A stretch of DNA of 64,000 nt, from assembly GCA_026770705.1 (NCBI GenBank), contig JANJGN010000056.1, positions 496,001-560,000 of the forward strand, read 5' to 3'. Shown piece by piece: positions 38,080-51,559 of the stretch. Each line of letters opens with the position of its first letter. Position 1 is the first letter of the stretch. The notes beneath the pieces are model-generated. The model was not told the origin of the DNA and searched no databases. It worked only from the letters and a program-made list of their open reading frames with translations. Position numbers and translations under genes: made by a program. This DNA is from Isurus oxyrinchus. Taxonomy: Eukaryota.

Positions 38080-39070
38080 CTGAGGGAACCTGATTTTCTC
38101 AGGGTAGTGACCGACGCTCAACAGTGTTTAGTTCTCTCTTCAAAGATCTTTCCTCCATTGCAAAGTCAATAATGGAGATGTTCGCTGATGATGCACAATG
38201 CTCAACAGCATTCCCAACTCCTGATATAGTGAGGCAGCCTAGGCCAAACTCAGCATGTCCTGGACAATATACAGGCTTTGGCTGACAATTGGCAAACATA
38301 ATTCAGACCACACATGTGCCAGGCAATCACTGTCTACAAAACAGATAATTTAACCAACGCCTGTTGACGTTCAATGGCATTAACGAATTTCCCACGAGCA
38401 GTGATTATCATTGACTGGAAACTGAATTGGATTAGGCATATAAACACAATGTCTACAAATCCACTTCAGAGGCTAGGAATCCTGCGGAGAATAACACACC
38501 TTCTGGTTCCCCAAATCCTATCCACCATCTTCAAGGCAAAATATAGGATTGTGATGCTCTACTCTCCACAGGCCAAGATGCTTGCAGCTCCAACAAAACT
38601 CAAGAAGCTTGACAGCATTAAGCAGAAAGCAACTGGTTGTTTGACACCACATTGACACACATTGAGTCCCTCCACCGCTGACGATCAATGGCAGCAGTGT
38701 GTGCCATCTACAAGAAGCACTTCAGCAATTCCCCAACACTCCTTAGGCAACACTTTCCAAACACACGACCGCTACCATCTAGTAGGATAAGGGGCAGCAG
38801 GCGCCAGAGAGCACAAAAACCTCGAAGATTCCCACCGCACACCCACCACCCCCCCAAACTACTTGCAACCCTGATTTCGAAATGTATTGCTGTTCCTTCT
38901 CTGTCGCTGGGTCTAAATCCTGGAAATCCATCCCGAAGAGCACTGTGGGTGTACAAGTACACGAGGGACTACTGCTGTACAAGAAGGCAGCTCCCCACCA
39001 TCTTCACAAGGGTAAGTACTGATTTCCAAGAAATGCTGTGCCAGCGATTGAAGCCAAAATCCCGTAACTG
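38080..39070 (+). mobile_element. CR1/L2-group LINE 3' fragment downstream of GPCR copy A (paralogs 63620-64000 and 12030-12970 minus)
   Basis: MFADD.T (38178), QRLGILRR..HLL.PQ.LSTI.KA..R...YSP and AAVC.IYK.H motifs. Confidence 0.8.
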
Positions 39071-42000
39071 AATAACAGAATCGTGGGGGAGTTCTGATTC
39101 TTCAATAACCAGAGAACGTTTCAGTGTTTTCTCATTTTCTCGCTTTTTCCTGCCTTTTCTCCTCACCCGCGCAATATTTCATCCACTTGTTTCTCTCACT
39201 GCACGTGCTACTGATTGCATTCTAAATATGAATTTGGCCGCAGATTTATGTCAACTAATCAGACGCCCCCAATCTTACACAGAAAGGAAAGTCAGCACAG
39301 CGCACCCCACATCCTGCCCCCAAAGTGCGGTGCCAAGCGTGTTTGCCAAAATTATCCATAGCCTCGGCATGGCTGTGACAACCACATTCAAATATCGAAG
39401 AATCTGCAGCCTGGTCACTCTTTTCAGCCACATTCTTTACAACATTGACATTCTGCTTCCTTTGACCCTCTCTACCCCTTCTGCCAAAGTGTATCATTTT
39501 GCCCTGCAATGCATTAAATTGCATCTGCTAATTCCTTGCCAATTCTGCTCTTTTTTCCATGTCCGATTGCAATGGATTCGTATCATCCTGACTGATTATC
39601 ATCCAACCCACCAAAGTGGTATCCAATGAAAGCAGCGACGGGGGGAATATATCGCGGCCACAGTGGGGGAGTATGAGATTTTCGCTGGATGAACGGGAAT
39701 TAAATTTTATCTCACTGGAGGGAGCGGTATGAAAGGGGGAGGGCAAGACCATGGCGGGTGATGGGCATAGTAAATTCTCTTCTCTCCCTCTCTCATTTTC
39801 TCTTAAATATACGTTCAACCTCTTAAATAGTAAGTCTAATGCCTATAATAATGGTTATTGTTTCTGCATTTCAGCATTTGGCTAACTCAACTGACAAATT
39901 ATTTATAAGCCTCCTTGATGATTATTTAATCACTATGTGGTCAGGACTCTGAAACAACTGTTTCACTGTTCATGGAACTCGGACAAAAACATCTCACTGA
40001 GCACCGTACATGGAGCAGTCAGATTTCAGGACCCGTCATTGTTTTACCTCTGTCAAGATCGCCATAGGACCTCCTGTCACATTGTCGGATGGAGCAGGGG
40101 ATTACGGGATTCATACAGTGATCCTGACAACTACAGATGTAACATGAGACAGAGTCCGAAATGCAGCAATGGAAGCCCTCGCATATTAGTATTGAATATA
40201 AACATAGTAAAACAACCAATGATGCTGCACCGAGCATTATATGGCAAAGTGACAACAACAAATCATATTGATATGACATATTTAACACAATCACGTGGCT
40301 CAAGTTGCTTCAGATCAGCTCCACATAACAGAACATGACAACTGATCAAAGGGATAGTCAAACGGGTCGGTCTTAAGAATTATCTTGAAGCAGAAAAGGG
40401 AGGCAGAGATTTGGAGCCGCGCTGGGGGTGGGGGGTGAGGGGGTTGGCGGGGGGGGGGGCGGGTGGTTGGGGCTGTGCGTGGCGGGGATTCCAGAGCATG
40501 AACTCTAGGCAACTGAAGGCAAGTTCAGTAATGTTGGAAACATTATATTCGCAGAGGATAATGCAGCCAGAAATAGACTACCACAGTTATCATGGTGTCT
40601 TAGGGGGGGAGGAGGAAATTACAGAGATAAGGAAGGGAAAACGAAGAGACATCACAGACGTCAAAGTGACATTTATTCGCAAATGACTAACCAACCACAG
40701 ATGAGTTGCCTTCCCTCGCCTCCTGTTTTTAAGCTCAAATATTCACTTTTAATGCAAAAAGAATTGGGGGTGTCACAGGTTATTAGATCGAGGTGAGTGC
40801 GCAAAGTACAGAAAGTCCGAATAAGAACACCATGTTTTTTTTCTAAAAAGAATGCTCGCCTTTCAGAGAAAGAAAGAGATGGGAGGGATCACTAAACACG
40901 TAGAATAAAAAGCTTTCCCAACATAATTTGCTTGTTTTTGCTTCAAAAGTAAAAAAATGCGTTATTCCACCATCTTGTTTGATGTGAACATCATTGTGGG
41001 TGGAATCTTTATTTAGCTTTTAGTGGTAACAGTGATTATTTCACCCTTTCCTCTCCCCCAGTGAAACTGACAGGAGGCGCTGTATATCAACAGATGCTTA
41101 TTACCCTCTGCTTATTTTTGTTTAATCCTAGTTATTATTTCAATCTTGCTGCTCTGATCAAAGAGAGAAGGAGCGCACATGGGGACATTAATCTGTGTCA
41201 GAACCCGAGGAAGGGACTGATCTAGGCAGATACCATTGGTCCCATCATTATTTTTGCTCTCACCAACACATATCTTCATTGAGGCAGGGTGAAATGGAAA
41301 GGGCAGGAGAGGGGTTTGAGCTTCTGGTTACAATGCTGAGCAATAACTCTTCAGATGTTTGCCTAGCAGAGACTTAATCAGGTTAATTGCATTCTGGTAA
41401 AAAATCAGCAGCTTCTGTCTCACTCGGCCTCCCTTTCTTTCTCTCGCTCTCACACACGCACATCTCTCATTTCTCTCTCTTTCTCTCAATTCTCTCCATC
41501 GTCTTATCTCGTTTGTTTACGCTGTGATAACATCGCCTTCACGATTTTCCATGTTCCCGAATCCAACTCATCGACCTTTCCTGCGCAGTATTCTCGGGAC
41601 TGGAGCTTTCATAAAGGGAAAGTGGCCTGGACCAGGTAGTCAGTTCAAAAATACGGGATAAAACAAACTGTAATCCAGGGAACTGAACTGTTTATAAATA
41701 CACTGAAGGGATATACCATGCGTGGATTTATGGCTCTGATTAGAGTGTGCAGCACAGAAAGGTATGCAGACACAGGGATCTGATGCATGGTGTGTGGCCT
41801 TACCGTTCTCCAAGCAGTGAAATGCACGTAACTATTCATAAATAAAGCGGTGGAGTTGATTCGGAGAGAACTCGCACAGTTGGACACTCTCAGAAACATT
41901 AATGTTTACATAACTCCAGCAAACTTCCAATTAAACGAAATCCGGAACGGAAATCCTGGCATAATATTCCCACTAATTGTGTTAATGGAACAATTGGATT

Positions 42001-43079
42001 GTCTCTAAAAATCTGGATTTGTAATGCCATATGGTGGAGGAAATATTTCGGCCTCACATTGCCCGACCTACAAGTTATTCCAGTCCCACGGTAACATGCT
42101 TGACTCTTAACTGCCCTTAGAAATGGGCGAGAAAATAATCAGTTTTATAAAGACGCTGCAGAAAAGAAGAATAAGGATGAAATCGTACTGCCTATCCAGC
42201 TTGAACCGAGGGACTGCTCGGCACCAGCTTCTCTAGTGCAATCATAGATCAGCAGCAAAAGCAGGTCTTGGCTGTGATGGTCACCGCCGATGAACGAAGA
42301 GGGAAAAGTGCAGTTAAACCAACCCTGCAGTCGAGCCTCAGTCACATCTGGGGTCCAGCACGAAAACAAAAGTGCTGACCGTTGTTTTATTCCAGCTTGC
42401 GGAAGCTCACAGTCTTAATAAATAATTACCAACGTGGTAGAGTGAAACATTCAATCTGCCTAAATTGTAACACTGACCATAAACAATGCAAGGAACGTTA
42501 AGGAGTTCTGTCCTTCACAGGCCTGGATGGTCCAACGTTGCATTACAGAGGAAACGAATACAAAAAGTCAACCTGCCTTTACCTTTCAGGTTACATATCT
42601 GGAATAAGTAGAAAGTTGTTTATTTACTTTGAAATAATCATGAACTATATAAATGCATCCAGTTCTCTGACGATTATTAAGGAAGAATTTAACAGGCCTA
42701 GCTGGTATGTAACACAGCGACGACAACAATTCCATTAACATTTCACTGTCCGCTGGTAAAGTGGCCTCGATGTCTGCTCGGCCGAAAACACATATTCGAA
42801 AGAATTGCTGAACTCTTGACTTTTGAGAGCGACGAAATTCTAAATGTCTTAAGGGTTCATGTGCTTTTAAAATAAAATGTTATTTGTTATATTTACAATT
42901 AATTTATTATTAATCTTGACTTTTTTCGTTTGACCTCTTCCCCTCAGTGCAAGGTGCCTTCTCATTCTCCCAACAGAAATCCTTGTGCGACCGGATGGAA
43001 CAGGTTTCCAAGGCTGATGCGTTCTTTTTCTGTTTATTCGCTTTCTCTAAACTCCAGCAGGAAGGTATTTTTTAAGGAA

Positions 43080-44490
43080 CTGAAAGCAGAAAATGTAGGA
43101 ATTCATGTTCCAATCAGGCAGTGCACATGATTTTCTGAAATGACAATCGTGTATCAAGTTATTAGTTATTTGAGGATGTAACAAGGACGATGAGGAAATA
43201 AGGACGAGAAAATGCAGTTTTATTTTAAATTACCTAAATATATCAGATACGTTTCCACTTAAAAAAAATGAATACACATGTTACATCGTCATGGGTTTAG
43301 GGTAACATAACATCATGACTATCGGGCGGCTTAACAGGAAACAGAGTCGACATAACTGTCTCGTTTTTAGGTTGACGAACTATATCTCGACGGGTGAGGG
43401 TACCATAGGGTTCAGTACTGTGGCCTCAAGTTTACCCAAACCGTTTTATAATGTTGACTTGGAAAAAGAAATGGAGTGCACTGCGGTCAACTTTACTGGC
43501 GATATTAATGTGCATTGAAAAATAATTGTGATACCATTGCAAAGACTCTGCAAAGATAAATGTTAAGTGTTTGTTCAAAAATAATAAAAAAAAAACGTTG
43601 CAGGAACCTATAGGAAATTGTCTGATCGTCATTTTGGTAGGTATAATAGAGGCTGAAGGTTTGAAGGTAGAGATAGAATTCTGCTTTTGCAGCAGAAGTT
43701 CTCCAGATTTTCTCGAACATGAATCATGAAGAGTTAGCATACCGGTACAGGAAGTGAAAAGTAAGGCATATAAAATATTAGCCTTCACTGGATGGTGGGT
43801 GATGTATGCAAGTAGGGATTCCTTGCTGCTGCAAAACGTTGGTGGTGTCTTGTGCGGTTAAGCTCTCCTTATTTAAGTGGCATTGCAAATGCGTTAGGCA
43901 CAGTTTGTAGATGGATCACACGACTGCTTCCTGGTATGAAAAGCTTGTCTTATGAGGAAAGGTCTGTTCATTGGGCCACTGCTCATGAGAATTTGGAAAG
44001 GTGGGAAGAGATATTCTTGAAACCTATATGGTTCTGGGGTGACTTTATCAGTTTAGATGTTGAGAGGATGCTTATCTAGTGGGGGAGTCTATAACTAGGG
44101 GAAATGTTTCATGTTAAAAAGGCTCCCTTCCAAACCAGAGAATATGGGGGTACTTCATTTGTCAGGGGGCCAGCGCTATTTGGAATTCAGTGTTACAAAG
44201 AACAAACAACAGTAGACTTAGGTCCTTAAATAATTTCTCGAAATACTGGGGATAGTCTGCAGTAATATCAAACCAAGAATTCATTGTCACAGAAGGGTGT
44301 GGAGGCCAGCTCATTGGGTGGATTTCAGATCGAGGTAGATAAGTTCTTGATTGTTCAGGGGATCAAAGGTTACCGGGAGAAGGCGGGAGAATGGGGTTGA
44401 GAAACCAATCAGCCATGTTTGAATGGCGGACAAGACTCGATGGGCTGAATGACCTAATTTCTGCTCCTTTGTCTTATGGTCTTATGCTCT
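43080..44490 (+). mobile_element. Decayed CR1/HER1-type LINE 3' part, with a younger 3' tail at about 44275-44485
   Basis: RT remnants (GSV.WP.., F..D at about 43410-43500, LPGMKSLSYEER) and a well-preserved tail TTGAATGGCGGACAAGACTCGATGGGCTGAATGACCTAATTTCTGCTCC. Confidence 0.8.
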
Positions 44491-47400
44491 CCCTGTTCCC
44501 CGAGCTGCAACAAATTTTAAAAGAGTTTCAACAGCAAACACAATGCCCAATTCTGCCAAACCTTTTAGTTTAGATAAGCGGAATAAGAACATCAGGCTTG
44601 GAAACTTAACATGTGTTATGACACAACATTATTAAAGGCTGAGCTGGTTAAAGACACAGAGGGCAAATTTTAACAAATGTCATAACCTGTCTTTTCAAAT
44701 CGTATGCTTTGAGATCTTGCTCTAAATTCAGGGGTAAAACCATTGGTTCTCGACCGGTCCTCTAACAGACTAAATGAGACATTTATTAGTTTGCAATAAA
44801 TTAAGCATGTACACGTGGCTAGAATTTACTATCAGCGTAACATTTTTGAAAAAAAATGCCAAGTAATTCTCCACCAAGGCAACAATATTTAATAGACTTA
44901 GCCAGATACCAGGCAAAGCATTTACCCCTTACAAATTCAAAACAAGGTTCCTTTCAATCTCTTTGCTTTGCACACTGTTGGAGGCTTACAGCTGTTTGAT
45001 GTTAGATGCTTCAGCCTTTCACACCCAAGCTCCCTTCTAAGCTTTCTTTGAATGTAAATTCTCAGTGAATTACCACGCCCTTTGGGCATGACCTCTTCCA
45101 ACAATAAAACCCATATCATTGCACCAACTCTTTCAGTAATATAAATATTGTCTGGTGTCTCCTGGCTAGGTGAAAGATTTCACTCCCCTCTTGAATGCTC
45201 CATTCAAGAACATGCAAATGCAACTTTACCTCTGTTTACTTCTCAACAATAGTATACACCAAAGAACCGAGAGTTCATGGTCTTAATCCAACTGAACAAC
45301 AGACCGGCTCACCCACAGGCTAAGCCTCTATTTGGAAATAAAATTTGGTGCTTTGTTGCAAAACCTGCATTTTATGTTTGTAAAGAATACTTTAACTCCT
45401 AAGTGAAAGTAAGAAAGAATTTTGGAAGGAAGAACAATTGAAGTCAACATTATGATGTTATTAGAGCTCTGAGATGTGAAGCTCAAGTTCAAGTTGCAAT
45501 GTGGTGGAACATAAAACAGCAAATTAAACGAATTATTATTTTAATTGCATCCCGTGTGCTGCTGCAGGAAGAAGGATACAGTCCCAGAACGCAAACAGGT
45601 ATCTCAGCATGAAACCGTGGGTATAATTATGTGACAACACTACAGGGACTTTGAAACGGTGGATTAAAATAATTCAAGGTGAGAATTCATAACAGAATCA
45701 GATAGGGAGAACAAGTCAGGTGGATTCTGCGTAGGACAGTGACAATTGAGAAGAGGATTGCGCATTTGGATTGCTGCTGCAAATCGGATGCAGTGTGTCT
45801 GTTTTCTGAAGGGACCTCGGGCCGAACTGTTCTGAGTAAAGCTAATTGGTCTACACCTCAGAAATAGGGATTGATGTGAAACACTTTATCTTACACCCTG
45901 AGAGCAGAGAGTGTACTTGTTGCAACGGGAATTGGAGTAGAGGAATGAAGAAACTTTGAAAGGTCTGCACAGTGTTTTGTTGACGCAACACCTCGATTTT
46001 TGTGCGCAGTTTTTGTCTTGACATTGAAGAGAAGAAACGCAATCTTCGGAGGTGGTAGAGAGAAGGTTCACAAAACGGGTGCCTGGAAATTGCAGGGAAT
46101 GGAATTCAACCCCAAGATATGCCACGCTAGTAAGCAACGGCGGCGCAGGCTCGAAGGAGCATTTGATCCACCACATTCTCCAATTTCTTGTGTTTTTGTG
46201 ACTATCCAACATTGAAATTTACATCTCACCTGAAGTATCAGTGACCTATTAATGTTTGAATTATGTTGAGTTTGGGTCCATCGCAGCAATGCAACTATTT
46301 TCTTTTAAGATGTTCGGATTATTTATTTTGCTATCATGAATATCCAAATATTCTGTACAGTCATCGTAACACCGGAGCTCCCTTCATGTCGCTCACTGAC
46401 AAATGCTGCCTTGACATCAAGACACGTCATTATCATCGCAGCTCCTGAGTTCAGCCATTTATTATGTGATACACGCAAAGCTGTAATGAAGCCATTAGCC
46501 GAATGGCCCTGGCAGACCTCCATCCGTGTATCAATGAGCTAGTGGTGTTATGTAACTGCCGCTTAATACCAAAATGACAACTTGCATTTTATTGCTTATG
46601 ACCAAGGCCAGATTGATGGACGGGTATTTGCCAGGGTTATATTTCTCATGCTACTTGCGTAGGGCACACACTGGGGCACTTTTTCCACATGTTCGGTAGC
46701 ATGTGCTTTTGGTATGTCTGCGCTGATGTTTTTGGCCTCCGGTTTCGTCTGGCTATAGAGACCGAATGTTCAGTAAAATTGCCGGGATTGTGTCACCCCT
46801 ACAGCTTACGCTGTTTCCAGACCTTTCAGCCATTTCCTGCGATTTTATCAAGTAAATCAAATATTCTACAACCTGATGGAAACAGAATTAACATGTTGAG
46901 TGCGGATTCTCTCCGCAGAATCTGCCAAAACGTTTGAGGTTTCCCAGCCTAACCTGTGTTTATTTCAGAATTCCATTATGAACAATATTTTGTTTTTTAT
47001 ATTCAGTCTGACGTCTGTGATGTCGGGGACATTAGGAGGATGAAGCATTAACAATCCTGACACACACGAGCTGCAAATGTTTCAGCCTTGTCGATTGTAC
47101 TGAGGTCGTTTGGCTCCCAACATAGCCAGTGGGAATACTTTTGAAGGCTCCTCCTCCTGAAAGTTGTCTTTCTGGCACTATCAAAAGCTGCTGGATGCGA
47201 CGGGAACTCAAGGTTTGATTCTGTGCACTGTCTGTGGGAGGTGTTAGCATTGTTGCACTTTTCTTCCGTTGTCTAAAATGCAGGTAATGGTGTGTTGAAG
47301 ATGCACCACCTTCCGCTGTGTAGTATATTTGGTGCTGCTCTTTTACTGCTACCTGCACTCGTCATTTTATCTGTGTTAATCCCGCGGCGGACATTTCAGT

Positions 47401-50400
47401 GGAATGAGGAATATGCCGCGGCATGAGTTTAAGGATTGCAATTGAATATAATTCTGCTGCAACCTGAGATCTGCAGCTTCTCCCAGATTTCCTGATTTAA
47501 TTACAAGGTCTGTTCAGCATCTCTGTCAATAAGCTCATGGCAATGCTACAGAACCAGATGGAGGGCATTGTTAATGTGAAGTTGTAAGAAAGTAATGCAA
47601 AGGGGTTAGGAGATTCACTTGTATTCTTAAAAAAGTTGAATATGGTTATGCTTAATTGTTAAATTGCACATGACGATCAAAACCAACAAAGAAGGAGTTA
47701 CAATTAAGCTTTAATTATCAATTACAGTTCAACTACTAGCAGTAATTCTGACAAAGTGTGCATGCCAATTTTTAAAAGCTCTTCATGTTTATTTGCTATT
47801 ACACTAATTTAGCAGGATGTCTAAAGTTATGCAAGTAGTGATGTTTTATTAAAGTTGAGCAGAACGTTGCCGATATCACATATAAAGAACGGTGCACAGT
47901 TTTGGCCTCCAACTTTAAGAAAGGATATCAATTACGTAGAATCAGTTGAGGTAGCGTTCATTCTGCAGACACCTAGGAGGCTGAGTTGGTGGAGGGTGGT
48001 GGTTGTCTGGGTTTTATCAAATTCGGAAAGATTGGATAACCGTTTTCAATTGGAGTCTGGAAAAAGAGGGGTGCTTTGATTGAAATAGGTTGGATCCTGA
48101 GGGAATCAGCATATTATTTGCAATGAGAATGTTTCCCTTGTCGTGGAGTTTGGGGCAAAGGGAGAAAAGTTTTCAAGTTGTGGGTCTCCCGTTTGAAGGG
48201 GAGGTGGAAGCGATTTATTTCAGTCACAGGGTTGAAGGGCTTTGTAACTCTCTTCCCACAAGTGCTGCGTAGGGAAGCTGACTGGATATTTTTCAGGCAG
48301 AGACAGATATATCCTTGAGTACCAAGGGTGTCAAATGTTATTGGAGTTGGGCGGAATGCTGAATTGCGTCCACAATCAAATTAGCCATAATGTTATTGAA
48401 TGGTGGGGCTGGCTGGAGGAGCCGGATTCTCTAATTCTGCTCTGGATTTATATTTATATTTTTTTCCATTACCCTGTGCAGCTTTATCCGCGCCTGGCGT
48501 TGGCCTCATATGGTTCTGGTACGCTACAGGGGTGTTGGCAAGGGGGAATCAGGAGCCCATGCATTCGGACCCAGTTTCCAATCTCTGGGTTTTTCTTTGA
48601 GATTTGAAGCATCCTGTCATGCAGCTTCCTGTGTTCACCTAATGCGGCCTTTGGTATGTCGACATTCTCCATATGAACCACATGACTGACCTAGGGAAGC
48701 GGGGCTCTAATGACCATGTTATCGATGCTCAGTACGCTGCACTTTGCAAGAATATTTGTGTGTGGGAATCAGTCCTGCCACTTACCGTTGGAAATGGATT
48801 ACAGACAGTGAAATTGGAATGTTTTCACAAGGTTTCAATTAGGCTGATCAATGTTGCAAATCTCGCACTGACAAGAATTGAGATAAAAAAAACACGGCCT
48901 GACAGGCTTTAATCTTCCATCTGAGAGGAGCTCCATGTTTTTCTTTCAGAAGACAGTGAGTGCAGCCTGCTAAATGCCGAACTTGCTTTTGTCAGGCAAT
49001 GTTTAATTTGCTCATTCAGTTAGTTCTCTCGGAGAACATGCTGCCAAATTAGCAAACGTCTGCACTGAACAGTTGGGTTTTTCGTTCAGAGTAGCTGTGG
49101 CATCTTGGATCAGGTGACCAGCAGCGATTTGATACAGCTTCTCTATCTGTGGATATATTGTTAATTGAAAGTGTTCTGAGTCCACAGCAAAGCGCTCAGC
49201 ATGCAGCTGGATATGTCCGGATTCTGCCCAATGCGAGCGCAGTAGTGCGTGAATAAGGCTTCACTCAGTCGCTGTTCAGTGACCTATGTGCAAGGTTTTA
49301 TTCCTGGCCGTTTGCCAACGTTGCCGTTTGTCCTGACATGATTATGTAAGCCTGTGCCAAACTCTTTGAGTGTAAACGGGATAATGGCCGGCAAGTATAT
49401 GACAAATAGAGCTGAAGCCATGACAGAGACTTACTTGGCACCGCAAGTCACATGAAAGGGGTCCACACTGTCGAACCGCCTTGCGTCACTCTGATTATCA
49501 GGTCATCGTCAAAAGAGCAAATGACATTGATCATTTTTTTCATCTTTTTGAGGGCAGCATCATATTCCAGACTGGTTTGGATAGTTCATTGACCAATAAA
49601 GGATATTGAGGTCATGAGGACGGATGTGTGTGTTTTGTGGAGGGTGTGGAGGGCCGGGTGTGTGACGCAGGTTGGAGAAGTGCAGGCAGGAAAATGGAGC
49701 TGAGGCCACGATCAGGTAAAACCATTTTCTTTTCGAGTTGCAGAAGAGACTCAAGAGGGCGAATGAGCTACCCCTGCCCTTAATTCTTGTGAGTTTGGTG
49801 TTGTATGAAATGCAGCGCAAACCAACAGCCGGAGGTTCTGCTTCATTATAATGAATGATTCCATCGGCCAATGATCGTCGGCAGAAGACATCTGAGGGTC
49901 AGGAGTTAAATGGTTAGCTTGGAATATTCGCCCAGCTTTGTAATCGAATTAACCTATTATTTTATTCAAAACATTGTTTTTCAATCAGCCCAAACATCTT
50001 TCTGGATGTACTATGTGAGTGGGTGGAATAGATTGATTTGCTGTCGGGGGGGAGGATGGTTATTGACCATTTATAGGTTTGGAAACGTCTGGAACGCATT
50101 ATATTGAAATTTTCTGGTTGAGAAAACAAATGCCTTCTCCATACAGGTCGTGTTACACCTCACGGAATCACCAGCACGAACCCTCCATGTCCTCTGGTCG
50201 CATTTTTAATTTGCAGGCGGAATGGTGCAAATTTCTGGGCAACGCCATAGAATGTAGGCCCAGTCACCGACAGAGGAATCAGTGCCAGCGTAATCCAGGA
50301 ACGATCTGGGCAGCGTATGTCTTCCCTCTGGGAGCTTGAATGTCTAAGACAAGGATCACACACGTGCCTTGTTGGAACATAGAATGGATCCAGAAACACA

Positions 50401-50656
50401 AAACAGTGGGGAACATCAGAAATGTGCCCCCTACTTAGGGAGGATCAGAACCATTGTGTTGTTAAGATTCATTTTGATATAAATTAGTGACGATTTATCC
50501 CGCAACAACCCCTGGTGGTTTAATCATTTTCCGCTCTGACCATCCCCGATAATATTTATCCATTGATCGCTATCATGCAGCCCCTTCAATTGGTTTGACC
50601 ACAGACATCAGTCCAAAATTTGATGTTTCACTTTGTAGCGGTTGCTTTCACAAGGA

Positions 50657-50782
50657 GAGTGACTGACGTAACCTGTTTGTTCAATGACTGAAACTGATTT
50701 ATTTCTTCAGGGAACATGAATGAGCTAATGGGGATCTATCTGTTGTATAAATAAGAGTTTCTCTGAACGGATCATTTCATAT
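50657..50782 (+). promoter_or_regulatory. Putative core promoter of GPCR copy B
   Basis: TATAAATA at 50746-50753 and TGACGTAA at 50664-50671, with the same spacing as copy A. Confidence 0.5.
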
Positions 50783-51489
50783 TCTCCAAAAGACTCAGTG
50801 TTTCTGCTTCAGTTAGCGCTTCTCGCAGCGAATAGCGTTTGTTTCACTTTGTCAGATACGGGACATTTACAAACCCATTCTCGAAGTTATCGTTGTCTAA
50901 TGTATGTTTATTTACATACTCTCAGGCTAAAAATAATAATCTCTCTTATTCTATGCATTCATTGAATGTGGGCGACGCTGGCGAGGCCAGCATTTATTGC
51001 CTTCCCTAAATGCCCTCGAAAAGATGGTAGTGAGATGCATTTTTGAGCTGCTGTAGTCTGTGTTATAACGGGGAGGTCCAGTACATTGACGCAGAAGCAG
51101 TGAAGAAACGGCGATATCTTTCCAAATAAGGGCGGTGAGTGGTTTGGAGAGCAGCTACTAGATGGTGGCGTTCCCAAGTCTATGTTACACTTGTCTTTCT
51201 AGGGAGTAGCGGAAGTGGGTTTGGAAGTTTATGTACAGGACTTCATGTCTGTAAAATGTAGCAGCTTATCTCTCTTCCATGTTACGAATGCTTTGCTGCC
51301 AGTTTTACCCTGATATTCTGGGTTTAATTAATGTGGTATCTCCTTCCGAGTATCGACAGTGATTTTACTTTATTTATTTTATGTTTCTGAAATTAATTCA
51401 CAGGTGACGGGGGTTTGTAGTTTCCAGCTCACATCGTTCCATTCCATCCTGTTTACCCATCTCAGGAGGAAAGACAGATTCTCATAAAG

Positions 51490-51559
51490 ATGGGAGACCT
51501 GATAATTCACAAGATAAAGGCCATTTACTACCCTATTCTCGCAGCTGTTGGTGTACCAG
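51490..51559 (+). pseudogene. Coding exon 1 of GPCR copy B
   Basis: Reads MGDLIIHKIKAIYYPILAAVGVP plus one G, with donor GTAAGA at 51560. Colinear with copy A exon 1. Confidence 0.88.

Larger units (their letters stand above)
21063..38440 (+). repeat. Segmental duplication unit A
   Basis: Colinear with 47833-64000 across shared repeats, promoter, both exons, intron and 3' flank. It has an A-specific block at about 21705-23790. Confidence 0.9.
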
